Shown one piece after another: positions 28,983 through 38,853 of a DNA stretch of 64,000 nucleotides; within the stretch, counting starts at the first letter, position 1, and each line of letters begins with the position of its first letter. The position numbers were made by a program, and so were the translations under genes. Below the pieces are notes generated by a model. That model was not told where the DNA came from. It was given only the letters and a program-made list of their open reading frames with translations, and ran no database searches. The stretch is from Nannocystales bacterium (GTDB lineage: Bacteria; Myxococcota_A; Polyangia; Nannocystales; Nannocystaceae), in the NCBI GenBank assembly GCA_050633305.1, contig JBOEGF010000004.1, positions 32,001 to 96,000 on the forward strand, written 5' to 3'.

Positions 28983-30218
28983 TCAACGAGGGCCGGGGTC
29001 GTCGCCGTTTTGATAACGGACACAGACGACGCGGCCACCTCGCCAGCGCTGGGATGAGGAGCGCATCCTCTTGGCGCGCGGGTTCCAGATGACTCGCGCA
29101 CCGCCGAACGCGTCGGCCTTCGTCGCGGTCCAGTAGATGCCGTTGCGAATCAGGTTGCTCTTCGAGAGCCACTGAACCTCGCCGATGTCCGGAAGCCGCC
29201 AGCCTCCGACGCCTTCCACTTTGAGGTCGTCGCAGTGCGAGCGCGCGGATTCAAAGTTCATCTTTGCGGCGACCGTCCGACGCCCACGCTTGCGGCTCGC
29301 AGGGGGGGAGACGAGGAGGATGTCGAGCGCGCGGATCGACTGGCTCCGGAGGGCCGCGTAGACGAGCGCGGCGTCGTCACCGGTGATGACCGGAGGGGCG
29401 GCGGCTTGCGTCGCCTCGGGCAGGGCGTCGGGCTCCTCGTCGGCGACCTCCAGCGGAAGGTCGCCCTCCGCGACGGGCTCGACGTTCGCGGAGGCGTTGC
29501 TCGGGGCCGCGTCTCGCTTCGGGTTTGCCTCGGCCGAGGCTTCCATCGGTGCGCCGACCGAGGCCGCGACGACGTCCGGCTCATCGGCAGCGGCGTCGCC
29601 AGAGCTGATCGTGATGCCGATGACGGCGACCGCGGCGACGGCCGCGATGCTCCCGACGACCCAGGCGGCACGCGGTGTTCGACCCCGCCCGGAGCTTGGA
29701 GGTGGCCCCGAAAGGCTGGGAACGTGGGTCGGCATCGCGGGTGCTGCCGGTGGAGCAGGGGGAGCAAGAGGAGCCGGAGTTGCGAGAGGAGCCGGGGCGG
29801 GTGGGGCGATCAGTGTCGGCCTGGGAAGCGCGGGCCCGGCATCGTCGATGTCGACACCCATCGCTGCCAGGCGGTCGACGGCCTGACGAGTCAGGTTGTC
29901 CGGGGCGTCCCACAGCATCATGGCGCTGGAGATCCTCCCGCTGGGAACCCCGTTGGCTTCCAGTTCGACGGTGATCGAGCGGAGCGTGTCTTCGCGGAGC
30001 TCGGGGCCTCCGAACAGCAAGTACGTGGCATGGGCCCGGTACCGAAAGGACAACTTCAGCAGGTCGACCCGACGTCGGTCGACACCCGCGACCACCTCGA
30101 CGGTGGCCCCACGGTCGCGGAGCTCGTCGGCCACCTGGTCCAGCGGAGCGGACCGCAGGGCAGAGGCTGCGAGCACGATGACGGGTGCACTCGGGTTCGA
30201 TTCGACCAATTCCATCAC
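28983..30218 (-). CDS. Single-pass membrane protein with C-terminal DUF1566/Lcl-like domain
   Basis: Pro-rich linker, TM (AAWVVGSIAAVAAVAVIGITI) and A..HC..L...G..GWRLP...E....YWTAT...VCVR. Confidence 0.7.
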   Translation of the reverse strand: MMELVESNPSAPVIVLAASALRSAPLDQVADELRDRGATVEVVAGVDRRRVDLLKLSFRYRAHATYLLFGGPELREDTLRSITVELEANGVPSGRISSAMMLWDAPDNLTRQAVDRLAAMGVDIDDAGPALPRPTLIAPPAPAPLATPAPLAPPAPPAAPAMPTHVPSLSGPPPSSGRGRTPRAAWVVGSIAAVAAVAVIGITISSGDAAADEPDVVAASVGAPMEASAEANPKRDAAPSNASANVEPVAEGDLPLEVADEEPDALPEATQAAAPPVITGDDAALVYAALRSQSIRALDILLVSPPASRKRGRRTVAAKMNFESARSHCDDLKVEGVGGWRLPDIGEVQWLSKSNLIRNGIYWTATKADAFGGARVIWNPRAKRMRSSSQRWRGGRVVCVRYQNGDDPGPR

Positions 30219-30326
30219 TTCAGGCTCCCGGGGCTTCCACTTCAGCTCCCGGCCAGAGCGTAATCTAGACTTCCTATTTTTGCCAGTCCAATGGCGCTCC
30301 GCGCGAAAAAAGCCGAAGAGCCCGCT

Positions 30327-31013
30327 CTATACCCGTCCGTAGACCTTTACAGCGGTTCCGCGGAGATCACGCGACGCGGCTTGCCCCAGGCGGATGATGG
30401 TCTTCGCGAGCGACGCCGCGTTGACCCACAGGTCGGTGTGCTCGGTCCCCATGGCCGCTCGATTGGCCGGGGTGTCAATGATGCTGGGCAGGACGGAGTT
30501 GGCCGTGATGTCCAGCTCCCGCGTCTCTTCGGCGATCGCTTGCGTGTAGTTCAGAACCGCCGCTTTGCACGCTCCGTAGAGCGCGGTCTGGGCCCCAGGC
30601 TCCAGCGCGTTTCGGGAAGCCACGGTCACGATCCGGCCGTAGCCGTCGGCCCGCATCCGGGCGAGCGCGGTCCGCAGGACGAAGATGGTCGACGACACAT
30701 TGAGCGCCAGCATGTGTCCGACCGTGTCCCCGTCGACCTCGTGGGCAGCGCCCATCGTGAAGCCGCCCACAAGGTGCAGGACGGCATCGACACGGGGCAT
30801 GGACGCGACCACGCGCTCCACGTCCGCGAGGTCGGTCATGCTGGCGTCCACGCATCGCAACGCCGGCTCGTCGCCGAACCGTCTCCGTAACGTCTCGGCG
30901 TCGGTCCCGTGCGTCGGTGCGGTCACGCGGGCGCCCGCCTGGAGCGCGGCCGCGGTGACCTCGATTCCCAACCCGCCGCCTGCGCCTGTGATCAAGACTT
31001 CGCGTCCCTGCAT
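30327..31013 (-). CDS. Short-chain dehydrogenase/reductase
   Basis: TGAGGGLG and YGACK motifs; PSIIDTP.NR. Confidence 0.92.
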   Translation of the reverse strand: MQGREVLITGAGGGLGIEVTAAALQAGARVTAPTHGTDAETLRRRFGDEPALRCVDASMTDLADVERVVASMPRVDAVLHLVGGFTMGAAHEVDGDTVGHMLALNVSSTIFVLRTALARMRADGYGRIVTVASRNALEPGAQTALYGACKAAVLNYTQAIAEETRELDITANSVLPSIIDTPANRAAMGTEHTDLWVNAASLAKTIIRLGQAASRDLRGTAVKVYGRV

Positions 31014-31104
31014 GGCGCCATGGTGGCGTGCTCCGGGATCCTCTTGCCACCTGAATGCGTGTGCAGGACGGGGCTGTTCGTGCTAAGGGAGCCGCGCAGC
31101 TAGC

Positions 31105-34100
31105 ATGCCCGCGACCAGCTCCAAGACCACGCGTTCGAAGACCACCACGCGCCGCCGGACTCCGGCGAAGAGCGGCGCCGCAGCCAAGGCCTCCGGCTCG
31201 AAGAAGACCGCCGCGAAGAAGACCGCGGCAAAGAAGACCACCGCGAAGAAAGCCGGAGCCAAGAAAGGCTCGGCGGCTTCCCGCAACGGTGCGTTCCGAG
31301 GCAAGCCGACGGCCGCGGCCGAGCCGAACTTCATCGTCGTGGAGCAGGCTCGGCAGCACAACCTCGATGTCGACTACCTCGAGATCCCGAAGCGGCAGCT
31401 GGTCACGTTCACGGGCGTTAGCGGGTCGGGCAAGAGTTCACTCGCGTTTGACACGCTCTACGCTGAAGGACAGCGCCGGTACGTCGAGAGCCTGAGCGCA
31501 TATGCCCGCCAGTTCCTGGGCCAGCTCGACCGACCCGACGTCGAGCACCTGCGCGGACTGTCCCCGACGATCGCCATCGAGCAGAAGAGTGCGTCCAACA
31601 ACCCACGCTCCACCGTCGGCACCATCACCGAGATCTATGACTACCTCCGGGTGCTGTATGCCCGGGTTGGCATTCAGCACTGCCACAGCTGCAACAAGCC
31701 GGTGGCCGGGCAAAGCTCCGAGGAGATCGTTCGAGAGCTCCGAACCCAGCCCGAGGGCACCAAGCTCACTCTGTTGGCCCCGATCATCACCCACCGAAAG
31801 GGCGAGTTCCGGGACCTATTCGAGGAGTTGAAGGGACGCGGCTTCCTCCGGGTGCGAGTCGACGGCGAGATTCACCGCCTCGACGACCCTCCCAAGCTCG
31901 ACAAGAAGTTCAAGCACACGATCGAGCTCGTCGCGGATCGGGTCACGATTCGGGCCGAGGACCGTCAGCGCCTGGCCGAAAGCGTCGAACTCGCCCTGCG
32001 CGAGGGCAAGGGCGAGATGCGGGCCGAGCCGGCCGAAGGCGGGGAGGCGATGGTGTTCTCGGAGAACCGAACCTGTTGCGGGTTCTCGTTTCCCGAGCTG
32101 TCCCCGCAGAGCTTCTCGTTCAACAGTCCCCTGGGGTTCTGCGAGGCCTGCAACGGGTTGGGCACGCGCATGGAGGTCGAGCCCGAGCTCGTGATCCCCA
32201 ACGCAGAGCTCTCGATCCGCGAGGGGGCGATCGCGCCGTGGGCCACCGCGATGGACCGTGGGGAGGGCTGGACCTACCGGATCATCGAGGCGCTCTCCAA
32301 GGCCTGCGACGTGGATCTCGAGGTCCCGTGGAAGAAGCTGGGCAAGCGCAAGCAGAGCTCGGTGTTGTTCGGACTCGGCGGCAAACGGTTGCAGGTCACG
32401 TGGGGCAAGGAAGGCAGTGAGTCCCACGGATCCTGGGGCATGCGCTTCGAGGGCGTGATCCCCAACCTCATGCGTCGGTACCAGCAGACCAGCTCCGAGA
32501 ACGCGCGCGACAACTATCGCAAGTACTTCGCGGAGCGGTCCTGCGAATCCTGCGGGGGCCGCCGGCTGCGCCCCGAGAGCCTGTTTGTGTTGGTCGACGG
32601 CATCGGGCTGTCCGATGTCACCACGATGACCGTCCGCGGGGCGGCCACGCACTTCGGTGAGATGGAGCTTCCGGGCAACAAGAAGACCATCGCCGAGGGC
32701 GTGCTTCGGGAGATCGACAACCGGCTGAACTTCCTGCTCAACGTGGGGCTCGACTACCTCACGCTCGACCGTTCGGGTCCGACCCTCAGCGGGGGCGAGG
32801 CCCAGCGGATCCGGCTGGCGTCGCAACTTGGCAGCGAGCTTTCGGGGGTGATGTACGTGCTCGACGAGCCTTCGATCGGCTTGCACCAACGCGACAACCA
32901 GCGGCTCGTGGCGACGCTGCAGCGCCTGCGCGACCTGGGCAACACGGTGTTGGTGGTGGAGCACGACGAGGAGACCATCGAAGCGTCGGACCACGTCATC
33001 GACTTTGGGCCCGGTGCTGGGCACCTCGGCGGCAAGGTTGTCTTTGCGGGGAGTCCGGCGGGGCTACGCAAGAGCAAGGACAGCCTCACCGGGCAGTACC
33101 TGTCCGGGCGCAAACGCATCGAGATCCCGGAGGTCCGCCGAGAACCGCGGGCGTTCATCGAGGTCAAAGGCGCCGCGGAGCACAACCTGCGCAAGGTCGA
33201 CGTCAAGTTCCCGATCGGCACGTTCACCGCGGTGACCGGCGTGAGCGGAGCGGGCAAGAGTTCGTTGGTGGGGGGCATCCTCCTTCCAGCGCTTTCTCGG
33301 GCCCTGCACGGCAGCACGGTCAAGGTCGGGCAACACAAGTCGATCAAGGGCTTGGAGGAGCTCGACAAGGTCATCTCCATCGACCAACGCCCCATCGGCC
33401 GAACGCCGCGCAGCAACCCGGGCACGTATACGAAGGTGTTCGATGAGATTCGGACCGTGTTCGCCCAACTCCCCGATGCACGGGCGCGTGGATACAAGAG
33501 CGGGCGCTTCTCCTTCAACGTCAAAGGTGGGCGCTGCGAGGCGTGCCAGGGCGATGGCGTGGTCAAGGTGGAGATGCACTTCCTCTCCGACGTCTACGTG
33601 CCGTGCGAGGTGTGCAACGGCCAGCGCTACAACGCCGCGACGCTCGCCATGCGCTACAAGAACCTCAACATCCACGAGGTTCTCGAGAAGAGTGTGGACG
33701 ACTGCGTCGAGTTGTTCGGCAACCACAAGAAGATCGGCCGCATCCTCAAGACGCTCCAGGACGTCGGTCTGGGCTACATGAAAGTCGGCCAGAGCGCGCC
33801 GACGATGAGTGGAGGTGAAGCCCAGCGCGTCAAGCTGAGTCGCGAGTTGGGCAAGCGGCACACCGGACGGACGCTGTACATCCTCGACGAGCCCACCACC
33901 GGGCTTCACTTCGAGGACATCCAGAAGCTGCTCAAGGTGCTTCAGCGTCTCGTCGACGCGGGCAACACCATCGTGGTGATCGAGCACAACCTCGACGTCA
34001 TCAAGTGCGCCGACTACGTGATCGACCTCGGGCCCGAGGGCGGGGCAGGGGGCGGAATCGTCGTCGCCGAAGGCACGCCGGAGAAGGTCGCAAAGACCAA

Positions 34101-34146
34101 GGGCTCCTACACGGCGCAATACTTGGCGCCGATGCTCGCCAAATAG
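31105..34146 (+). CDS. uvrA: Excinuclease ABC subunit A with Lys/Ala-rich N-terminal extension
   Basis: GVSGSGKSSLAFDTLYAEGQRRYVESLS, two ABC signatures (LSGGEAQR, MSGGEAQR) and Zn fingers. Confidence 0.98.
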   Translation: MPATSSKTTRSKTTTRRRTPAKSGAAAKASGSKKTAAKKTAAKKTTAKKAGAKKGSAASRNGAFRGKPTAAAEPNFIVVEQARQHNLDVDYLEIPKRQLVTFTGVSGSGKSSLAFDTLYAEGQRRYVESLSAYARQFLGQLDRPDVEHLRGLSPTIAIEQKSASNNPRSTVGTITEIYDYLRVLYARVGIQHCHSCNKPVAGQSSEEIVRELRTQPEGTKLTLLAPIITHRKGEFRDLFEELKGRGFLRVRVDGEIHRLDDPPKLDKKFKHTIELVADRVTIRAEDRQRLAESVELALREGKGEMRAEPAEGGEAMVFSENRTCCGFSFPELSPQSFSFNSPLGFCEACNGLGTRMEVEPELVIPNAELSIREGAIAPWATAMDRGEGWTYRIIEALSKACDVDLEVPWKKLGKRKQSSVLFGLGGKRLQVTWGKEGSESHGSWGMRFEGVIPNLMRRYQQTSSENARDNYRKYFAERSCESCGGRRLRPESLFVLVDGIGLSDVTTMTVRGAATHFGEMELPGNKKTIAEGVLREIDNRLNFLLNVGLDYLTLDRSGPTLSGGEAQRIRLASQLGSELSGVMYVLDEPSIGLHQRDNQRLVATLQRLRDLGNTVLVVEHDEETIEASDHVIDFGPGAGHLGGKVVFAGSPAGLRKSKDSLTGQYLSGRKRIEIPEVRREPRAFIEVKGAAEHNLRKVDVKFPIGTFTAVTGVSGAGKSSLVGGILLPALSRALHGSTVKVGQHKSIKGLEELDKVISIDQRPIGRTPRSNPGTYTKVFDEIRTVFAQLPDARARGYKSGRFSFNVKGGRCEACQGDGVVKVEMHFLSDVYVPCEVCNGQRYNAATLAMRYKNLNIHEVLEKSVDDCVELFGNHKKIGRILKTLQDVGLGYMKVGQSAPTMSGGEAQRVKLSRELGKRHTGRTLYILDEPTTGLHFEDIQKLLKVLQRLVDAGNTIVVIEHNLDVIKCADYVIDLGPEGGAGGGIVVAEGTPEKVAKTKGSYTAQYLAPMLAK

Positions 34147-34153
34147 GGGGCGG

Positions 34154-34744
34154 TCATCGAACGCAGCTTGCCGCGGTGTGGTCCGCCACGGCGAGCAGGT
34201 CGCGCTTACTGGCACCATCGCAGGCGAGCTGGGACAGCCCTCGCATCGTTGCCGTGATGGACTTCGCCAGGACCGCGGGGGAGGCAGCGAGCACGTCCCC
34301 AGCTCGAGCGCGGGCGTTGAGGCGCATGACCAGTGCCTTCTCCAGTTCCGCCTTGTGTTCGAGCGTGACCGCGCCTGCCTCGGCGTCGTCCGCCGAGCTG
34401 CTGCCGGCACCCTCAAACATGGCGCAACCCCGGGGCGTGCCCTTCCCAGCGTACAGGGTGACCGCGGCGCGTAGGAGTGTGCGGACCAGGGCTGCGGCAT
34501 CGAGCTCGGAGCGTTCGTCGAGCAGGATCGTGTTCGCAAAGTTCGCGTGCGTCGACATGTAGCGCTCGATGCATCGCCGGAACAACTCCAGCTTGCTCCC
34601 GAATGCGTTGTACAGGCTGGATGGACCCACGCCGACGGCTTTGCTCAGGTCACCGATCGACGTCCGATCGTAGCCGTGCGCCCAGAACACCAGGAGCGCT
34701 CGCTCGAGGACTTCGGGTTCGGGGATGGAACGTGGGCGCGGCAT
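34154..34744 (-). CDS. TetR family regulator (NemR/ComR-like)
   Basis: FW.HGY..TSI.DL...G....SLY.AFGSK HTH; RGC motif in the C-domain. Confidence 0.92.
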   Translation of the reverse strand: MPRPRSIPEPEVLERALLVFWAHGYDRTSIGDLSKAVGVGPSSLYNAFGSKLELFRRCIERYMSTHANFANTILLDERSELDAAALVRTLLRAAVTLYAGKGTPRGCAMFEGAGSSSADDAEAGAVTLEHKAELEKALVMRLNARARAGDVLAASPAVLAKSITATMRGLSQLACDGASKRDLLAVADHTAASCVR

Positions 34745-34745
34745 G

Positions 34746-34826
34746 TTTTGGATAGCTTACTTCAAAAAGTTTCTTGACGCCTGCTGGAGACCGGTCACCC
34801 TTCGTTTTGAAGTGAGCGATTCGAAA
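34746..34826. promoter_or_regulatory. Paired TetR operator-like sites in divergent promoter
   Basis: 34746-34767 reverse complement TTTTGAAGTAAGCTATCCAAAA versus 34805-34826 TTTTGAAGTGAGCGATTCGAAA (18/22 identical); TTGACG at 34774. Confidence 0.7.
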
Positions 34827-35482
34827 TGAGCACAGCCCGAAAGAATCCCCCCCAAGCGTTCCTCTACACGCAGCTCCAGATCTCGGTGCCGTTCGCGGAG
34901 GTGCCGTGGCGCGAACTGAACGAGGGAATCCGCGAAGCGCCCGGATTCCTGAACAAGACGTGGCTGGCGGGAGTCGGTACCCGGTCGGTCGGAGGCTTCT
35001 ATGCGTTTGACAGTCTGGACCACGCGCGTGGGTTCGCCTTGGAGGCATTCCCGATCGAGGCCCGTCGGTTCGGTGTGGCGCAGACGAGTCGTCTTTTCGA
35101 CGCGGCGGCGACGCAAGAGGCCAGTGAGGCGATGCGCTCGGTGCACTTTGGCGCCGCTCCTCCCGAACGGGTCGAAGCCTACGTCTACACCGAGGTTCAG
35201 GTCGGGCTTCCAAGGTTCAACGACGGTCCATGGCGCACGCTGAATCCGGAGTTGTTGGCGCAGCCCGGGCTGCTGTCGAAGACATGGCTCTACGGCGCGA
35301 ACAACGGGACCGCGGGTGGCATCTACGCGTTTGAGAGCGTCGACGAGGCAAAGGCGTTTTGCGTGGACTACTTCCCGACCGAAGCCCGAAAGCTCGGCGC
35401 CGCCTATACCACGCGCATGTTTGACGCCACGCTGACCCGGGACGCGAGTCGTGCCATGCGCTCGCCGTTTTTCGCATCGTGA
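34826..35482 (+). CDS. YdhR-like putative monooxygenase, two tandem domains
   Basis: Repeated YT..Q...W..LN.....PG.L.KTWL.G.....GG.YAF.S...A..F....FP.EAR..G....R.FDA unit. Confidence 0.8.
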   Translation: MSTARKNPPQAFLYTQLQISVPFAEVPWRELNEGIREAPGFLNKTWLAGVGTRSVGGFYAFDSLDHARGFALEAFPIEARRFGVAQTSRLFDAAATQEASEAMRSVHFGAAPPERVEAYVYTEVQVGLPRFNDGPWRTLNPELLAQPGLLSKTWLYGANNGTAGGIYAFESVDEAKAFCVDYFPTEARKLGAAYTTRMFDATLTRDASRAMRSPFFAS

Positions 35483-35880
35483 CCGCTGCGCTGATTCACA
35501 CGATGCTCCGTGTGGGTGACCTCGAGCGCTCCCTCGCGTTCTACGTGGACACCCTTGGGATGAAGGTCGTACGACGCGAGGAGTATCCGCAGGGACGCTT
35601 CACGTTAGCCTTTGTGGGCTATAGCGATGAAGCCGGGGTGACGCTGGAACTCACCTACAACTGGGGCGCCGAAACGCCCTACGTGCACGGCACTGGGTTC
35701 GGCCATGTCGCGATCGCGGTGGGCGACATCGCAGAGGTTTGCGAGCGCGTCAGGTCGGCTGGGTTCACGGTCTCGCGGGAGCCGGGACCGATGGCGTTCC
35801 GCTCGAGAGATGGACCGCCCGAGCACATCGCATTCTTGCGCGATCCCGATGGGTATGTGGTCGAACTCGTCCAGCGCTGA
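35479..35880 (+). CDS. gloA: Lactoylglutathione lyase (glyoxalase I)
   Basis: HTMLRVGDLERS..FY, LELTYNW, G.GH.AI and F..DPDGY..EL motifs. Confidence 0.92.
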   Translation: MTAALIHTMLRVGDLERSLAFYVDTLGMKVVRREEYPQGRFTLAFVGYSDEAGVTLELTYNWGAETPYVHGTGFGHVAIAVGDIAEVCERVRSAGFTVSREPGPMAFRSRDGPPEHIAFLRDPDGYVVELVQR

Positions 35881-35955
35881 CAGGATGTGAGGGTGGCGCG
35901 GACGCACCGAACCCGGTTCGCCGGGGCGGAGCGGGGTCCGGCGTCCCCGACGGCG

Positions 35956-36846
35956 TCATCCACAGGTCGCGGAGGATGCGGCAGGAAGGTCTCCCGCGCC
36001 CACGGGGATGCCCGAGAATGCGCTCCCGGAGAGGTCCGTGTTCGTGGGAACCGTCACCGAGCCGGAGAGCGCCCCGCAGATCCGGTCTGAGGTGACCTGG
36101 CCGGCGACGGAGATGGACATCACGATGTCGCTGCCGTTGATTGGGTTCGCGGCGCCTGAAACCGCAGCGCCGTCGACCGAGAACTCGAACGTTCCGTCTT
36201 CGGCGACCGGGACGTCGGTACGCAGAAACTGTCCGGTCGGCGTTCGAGGCTCACTGTTCGAACCGACGTTGAGCGCGAGGTATTGAAGGTCGAGGCTCAG
36301 AAGGCCGTCCTCGTTTGCAACGGTGCCGACCAGTTGGATCGGCGTCTGAGGGCTGGCGGACAAGCTGAGCAACACCAGGAACTCTGTGGCGGGGAACTCG
36401 TCGTCCCCCATGTCCGAAGGTTCGTCGGTGTCGCTACCGCCGATCTGCGCGGCACACGAACCCGCGAGGCACAGGGGTCTCTCCGGATCGTACGCGCAAT
36501 CGGCTGCGGTCTCGCACTCACAGCAAAGGTCGGTTTCCCCACAGGCGGCGTCCGAGAGGATTGCGCGACAGTCCTGCCAGCAAGCTTCCTTCGGGAACTC
36601 GTCCCAGCACATTCCGTCCTCGCCGTATTGCGCGATCAGGCGTGTGACGGGACGGTCGGTGTCGGCAGCGCAGTCGACGATCCTGGCACACGGCCCTGAT
36701 TGAAGGTTGGTCGGGGTCCCGGTCGACTCGGTTTCTACAACGGGACCGTCCGCATCGGTCTCGCTGTCGGCGGCACCAGTGCCGGCGCAGGCAACGGAGA
36801 ACGCCCCGAGAGCAACCGCGAGCAGGACCGGGCGAAGCTGACGCAT
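35956..36846 (-). CDS. Cys-rich hypothetical lipoprotein
   Basis: Signal peptide ending in ACA/C, Cys-rich segment and beta-rich C-domain. Confidence 0.7.
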   Translation of the reverse strand: MRQLRPVLLAVALGAFSVACAGTGAADSETDADGPVVETESTGTPTNLQSGPCARIVDCAADTDRPVTRLIAQYGEDGMCWDEFPKEACWQDCRAILSDAACGETDLCCECETAADCAYDPERPLCLAGSCAAQIGGSDTDEPSDMGDDEFPATEFLVLLSLSASPQTPIQLVGTVANEDGLLSLDLQYLALNVGSNSEPRTPTGQFLRTDVPVAEDGTFEFSVDGAAVSGAANPINGSDIVMSISVAGQVTSDRICGALSGSVTVPTNTDLSGSAFSGIPVGAGDLPAASSATCG

Positions 36847-36902
36847 TTCGAGAGTCTAGTGGAGTTCCGTGGGGCCCGCCACGGAGCGTGTGGATCCGTT
36901 CC

Positions 36903-38738
36903 CTACGCCGCGAAGCGGCTGTCCTGAGCGGCGACGTCGGCACACAGCGAAGCGTAGAGGTTCATCATGAAGGCCATCGCGAGCATGTTGGCTTGCGAGT
37001 CTTCTCCGCGCCGAAGCGCGTCCAGGGCTCGACCGAGCTCTCGTTCGCCCAGGACCGAGATCGCCGGGCTGCTCGAGGAGCGGAGGCCCTCCTCAAACCC
37101 GGACTCCAGGAGCTCGACCAGCACTCGAGAGCGCACCCGGTGCAAAGACTCGGCTTGGGCGCCACCGCTGAAGGGGAGTTTTCGTTCGACGGTCCGCCGC
37201 ACCTTCCGCAGGGCCTTGGCGCCGAACTCGTAGCCATCTCCGGCCAGCCGACCCACTTCGCCAAGACTGGCGAGGTCGAGGCGTTGCACGCCATTGATCG
37301 GCAACGATATCGCCTCGGGCAGGTGCGTGCGGATCAGCGAAAGGTGGGGCGTGCAGTTGCGCTTGCCCTCGGCGGAACCCCCGTAGGCCGCCCGAATGCC
37401 TCGAATGGAGGAGTACGGGGCGAAACGGCTCGTATTGCCGTGGCAGCGCTTGAGCTTGTTGTTCCACACGCCGTACCGCTCGAACAGGTAGAGGCGGTCG
37501 AGGGTGTCGAGGGCGTCGGCGGAGTCGGTGCCAAGCTCGCGGAGCATCGTGTCGAGTCGGTCCTCCAGCAGGCCGCCCAGCTTCGCGTTGGCCCACTCGA
37601 CGTTTGAGAGCCGAAACTTCGACCGGAACGCGTCCTTGGGTCGCACACCGTCGTTGCTGAGCGTCCGGAAGGGGCGGTACGGAAAGTAGTAGCCGCTGAA
37701 CACTTCCCCGCCATCGCCACTGACGGACACATCGGGGTCTGCCGTGAAGTCCGTGGCCCGGTTGGTCATGCAGGCGAGCGCCTCGCCGGTGCCGTTGGCG
37801 GCCATCGCGAAGTGGCTCAGCTCGCGAATCACCGCCTCGTGGGTGGGGCGAACGGGCTTCGGGTTGTCGAAGGCAACGCGCACTCGTTTTGCGATCTCGC
37901 GAGCGACGCGCACATCTTGCGAATCAGGACCGCCGTCCGAGAATACCCTCAGCTGGTGCTTGGGCCGTACGGCCAGGGCTGCGGCGAGCGATCCGCGAGA
38001 GTCGAGGCCGGCGCTGAGCTCGACGGTGATCATGCCCTTTGAGGGCAGTGTCGCATCGAGATAGGCGAGTTGGGCAGCGACGACATCGTCGGACGGGCTG
38101 GTGGCGCGTGACCCGACCGGCACGCCGAGGCCTCGGAGGCTTCGGACTTCGGACCCGGACGTGGTCAGTGTCACCGCCTCCATCGGTTGGACCCGGGTGA
38201 GGCCACGCGCGAGCGGGACGCCCTGCAGCGACCAGCCGACGGCGAAGGAGGACGCGGCGGATGCGGTATCCAGCTCGAACGGGAGCAGGCCCGTGGCCAG
38301 CACCGCGATGTCGTGGGGGGATACGATCGTGGTATCGCCCGACGACGCAAACCGGAGCGAGCGTTGACCGATCACATCTCCGAGTGCGGTGAGGGTTTCG
38401 GTGTCACGATCGAAGCTGAGCGCTCCGAATGCGAGGTCGGTCGCTCGTGCAGCCTCGCCGCCCCCGGTCGCGAACTCGTGGAGCAGAACCTCGGGGTCGT
38501 CTCCGAAGATGCAAACGGGACTGTCCGCCGCGTCGGAGTAGCGGACCAGAGAGGCCATGTCTTCGGAGGCATGTCGAACGGTGAGCACCCGCAACGGTCC
38601 ACACTCGTGCCGGGCCAAGTCGAATCGGAGCTCTCCGTAGACATGACGGAAGAGCCCCTCGAGAGTCCGTCCTGCACGGTCGAGAGCATGGGACGCCTTC
38701 GCGGCGTCATGGCTGAGCAAGGCGATGAAGGTCTCCAT
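36903..38738 (-). CDS. Asparagine-synthetase-like ATP-dependent amide ligase lacking the N-terminal catalytic Cys
   Basis: ELSAGLDSR (SGGLDS-type PP-loop) and SGDGGEVFSGY motifs; the N-terminus is METF. Confidence 0.75.
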   Translation of the reverse strand: METFIALLSHDAAKASHALDRAGRTLEGLFRHVYGELRFDLARHECGPLRVLTVRHASEDMASLVRYSDAADSPVCIFGDDPEVLLHEFATGGGEAARATDLAFGALSFDRDTETLTALGDVIGQRSLRFASSGDTTIVSPHDIAVLATGLLPFELDTASAASSFAVGWSLQGVPLARGLTRVQPMEAVTLTTSGSEVRSLRGLGVPVGSRATSPSDDVVAAQLAYLDATLPSKGMITVELSAGLDSRGSLAAALAVRPKHQLRVFSDGGPDSQDVRVAREIAKRVRVAFDNPKPVRPTHEAVIRELSHFAMAANGTGEALACMTNRATDFTADPDVSVSGDGGEVFSGYYFPYRPFRTLSNDGVRPKDAFRSKFRLSNVEWANAKLGGLLEDRLDTMLRELGTDSADALDTLDRLYLFERYGVWNNKLKRCHGNTSRFAPYSSIRGIRAAYGGSAEGKRNCTPHLSLIRTHLPEAISLPINGVQRLDLASLGEVGRLAGDGYEFGAKALRKVRRTVERKLPFSGGAQAESLHRVRSRVLVELLESGFEEGLRSSSSPAISVLGERELGRALDALRRGEDSQANMLAMAFMMNLYASLCADVAAQDSRFAA

Positions 38739-38853
38739 GGCGTCCGGTCGAGGTGGCGCAGACTTTACAGCAGCGGGTCTCTGCGCGGGCCCCGCAACGG
38801 CCGAGAGACGGGCTCTGTGCGCGCTCGCAGGGGTCGCGTTGTAGAGTTCGTCG

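Noticed and set aside
36866..36885. Hairpin TCCGTGG-ggcccg-CCACGGA as a terminator or sRNA
   Set aside because: Short GC stem without a U-tract; not distinguishable from chance at this GC content.
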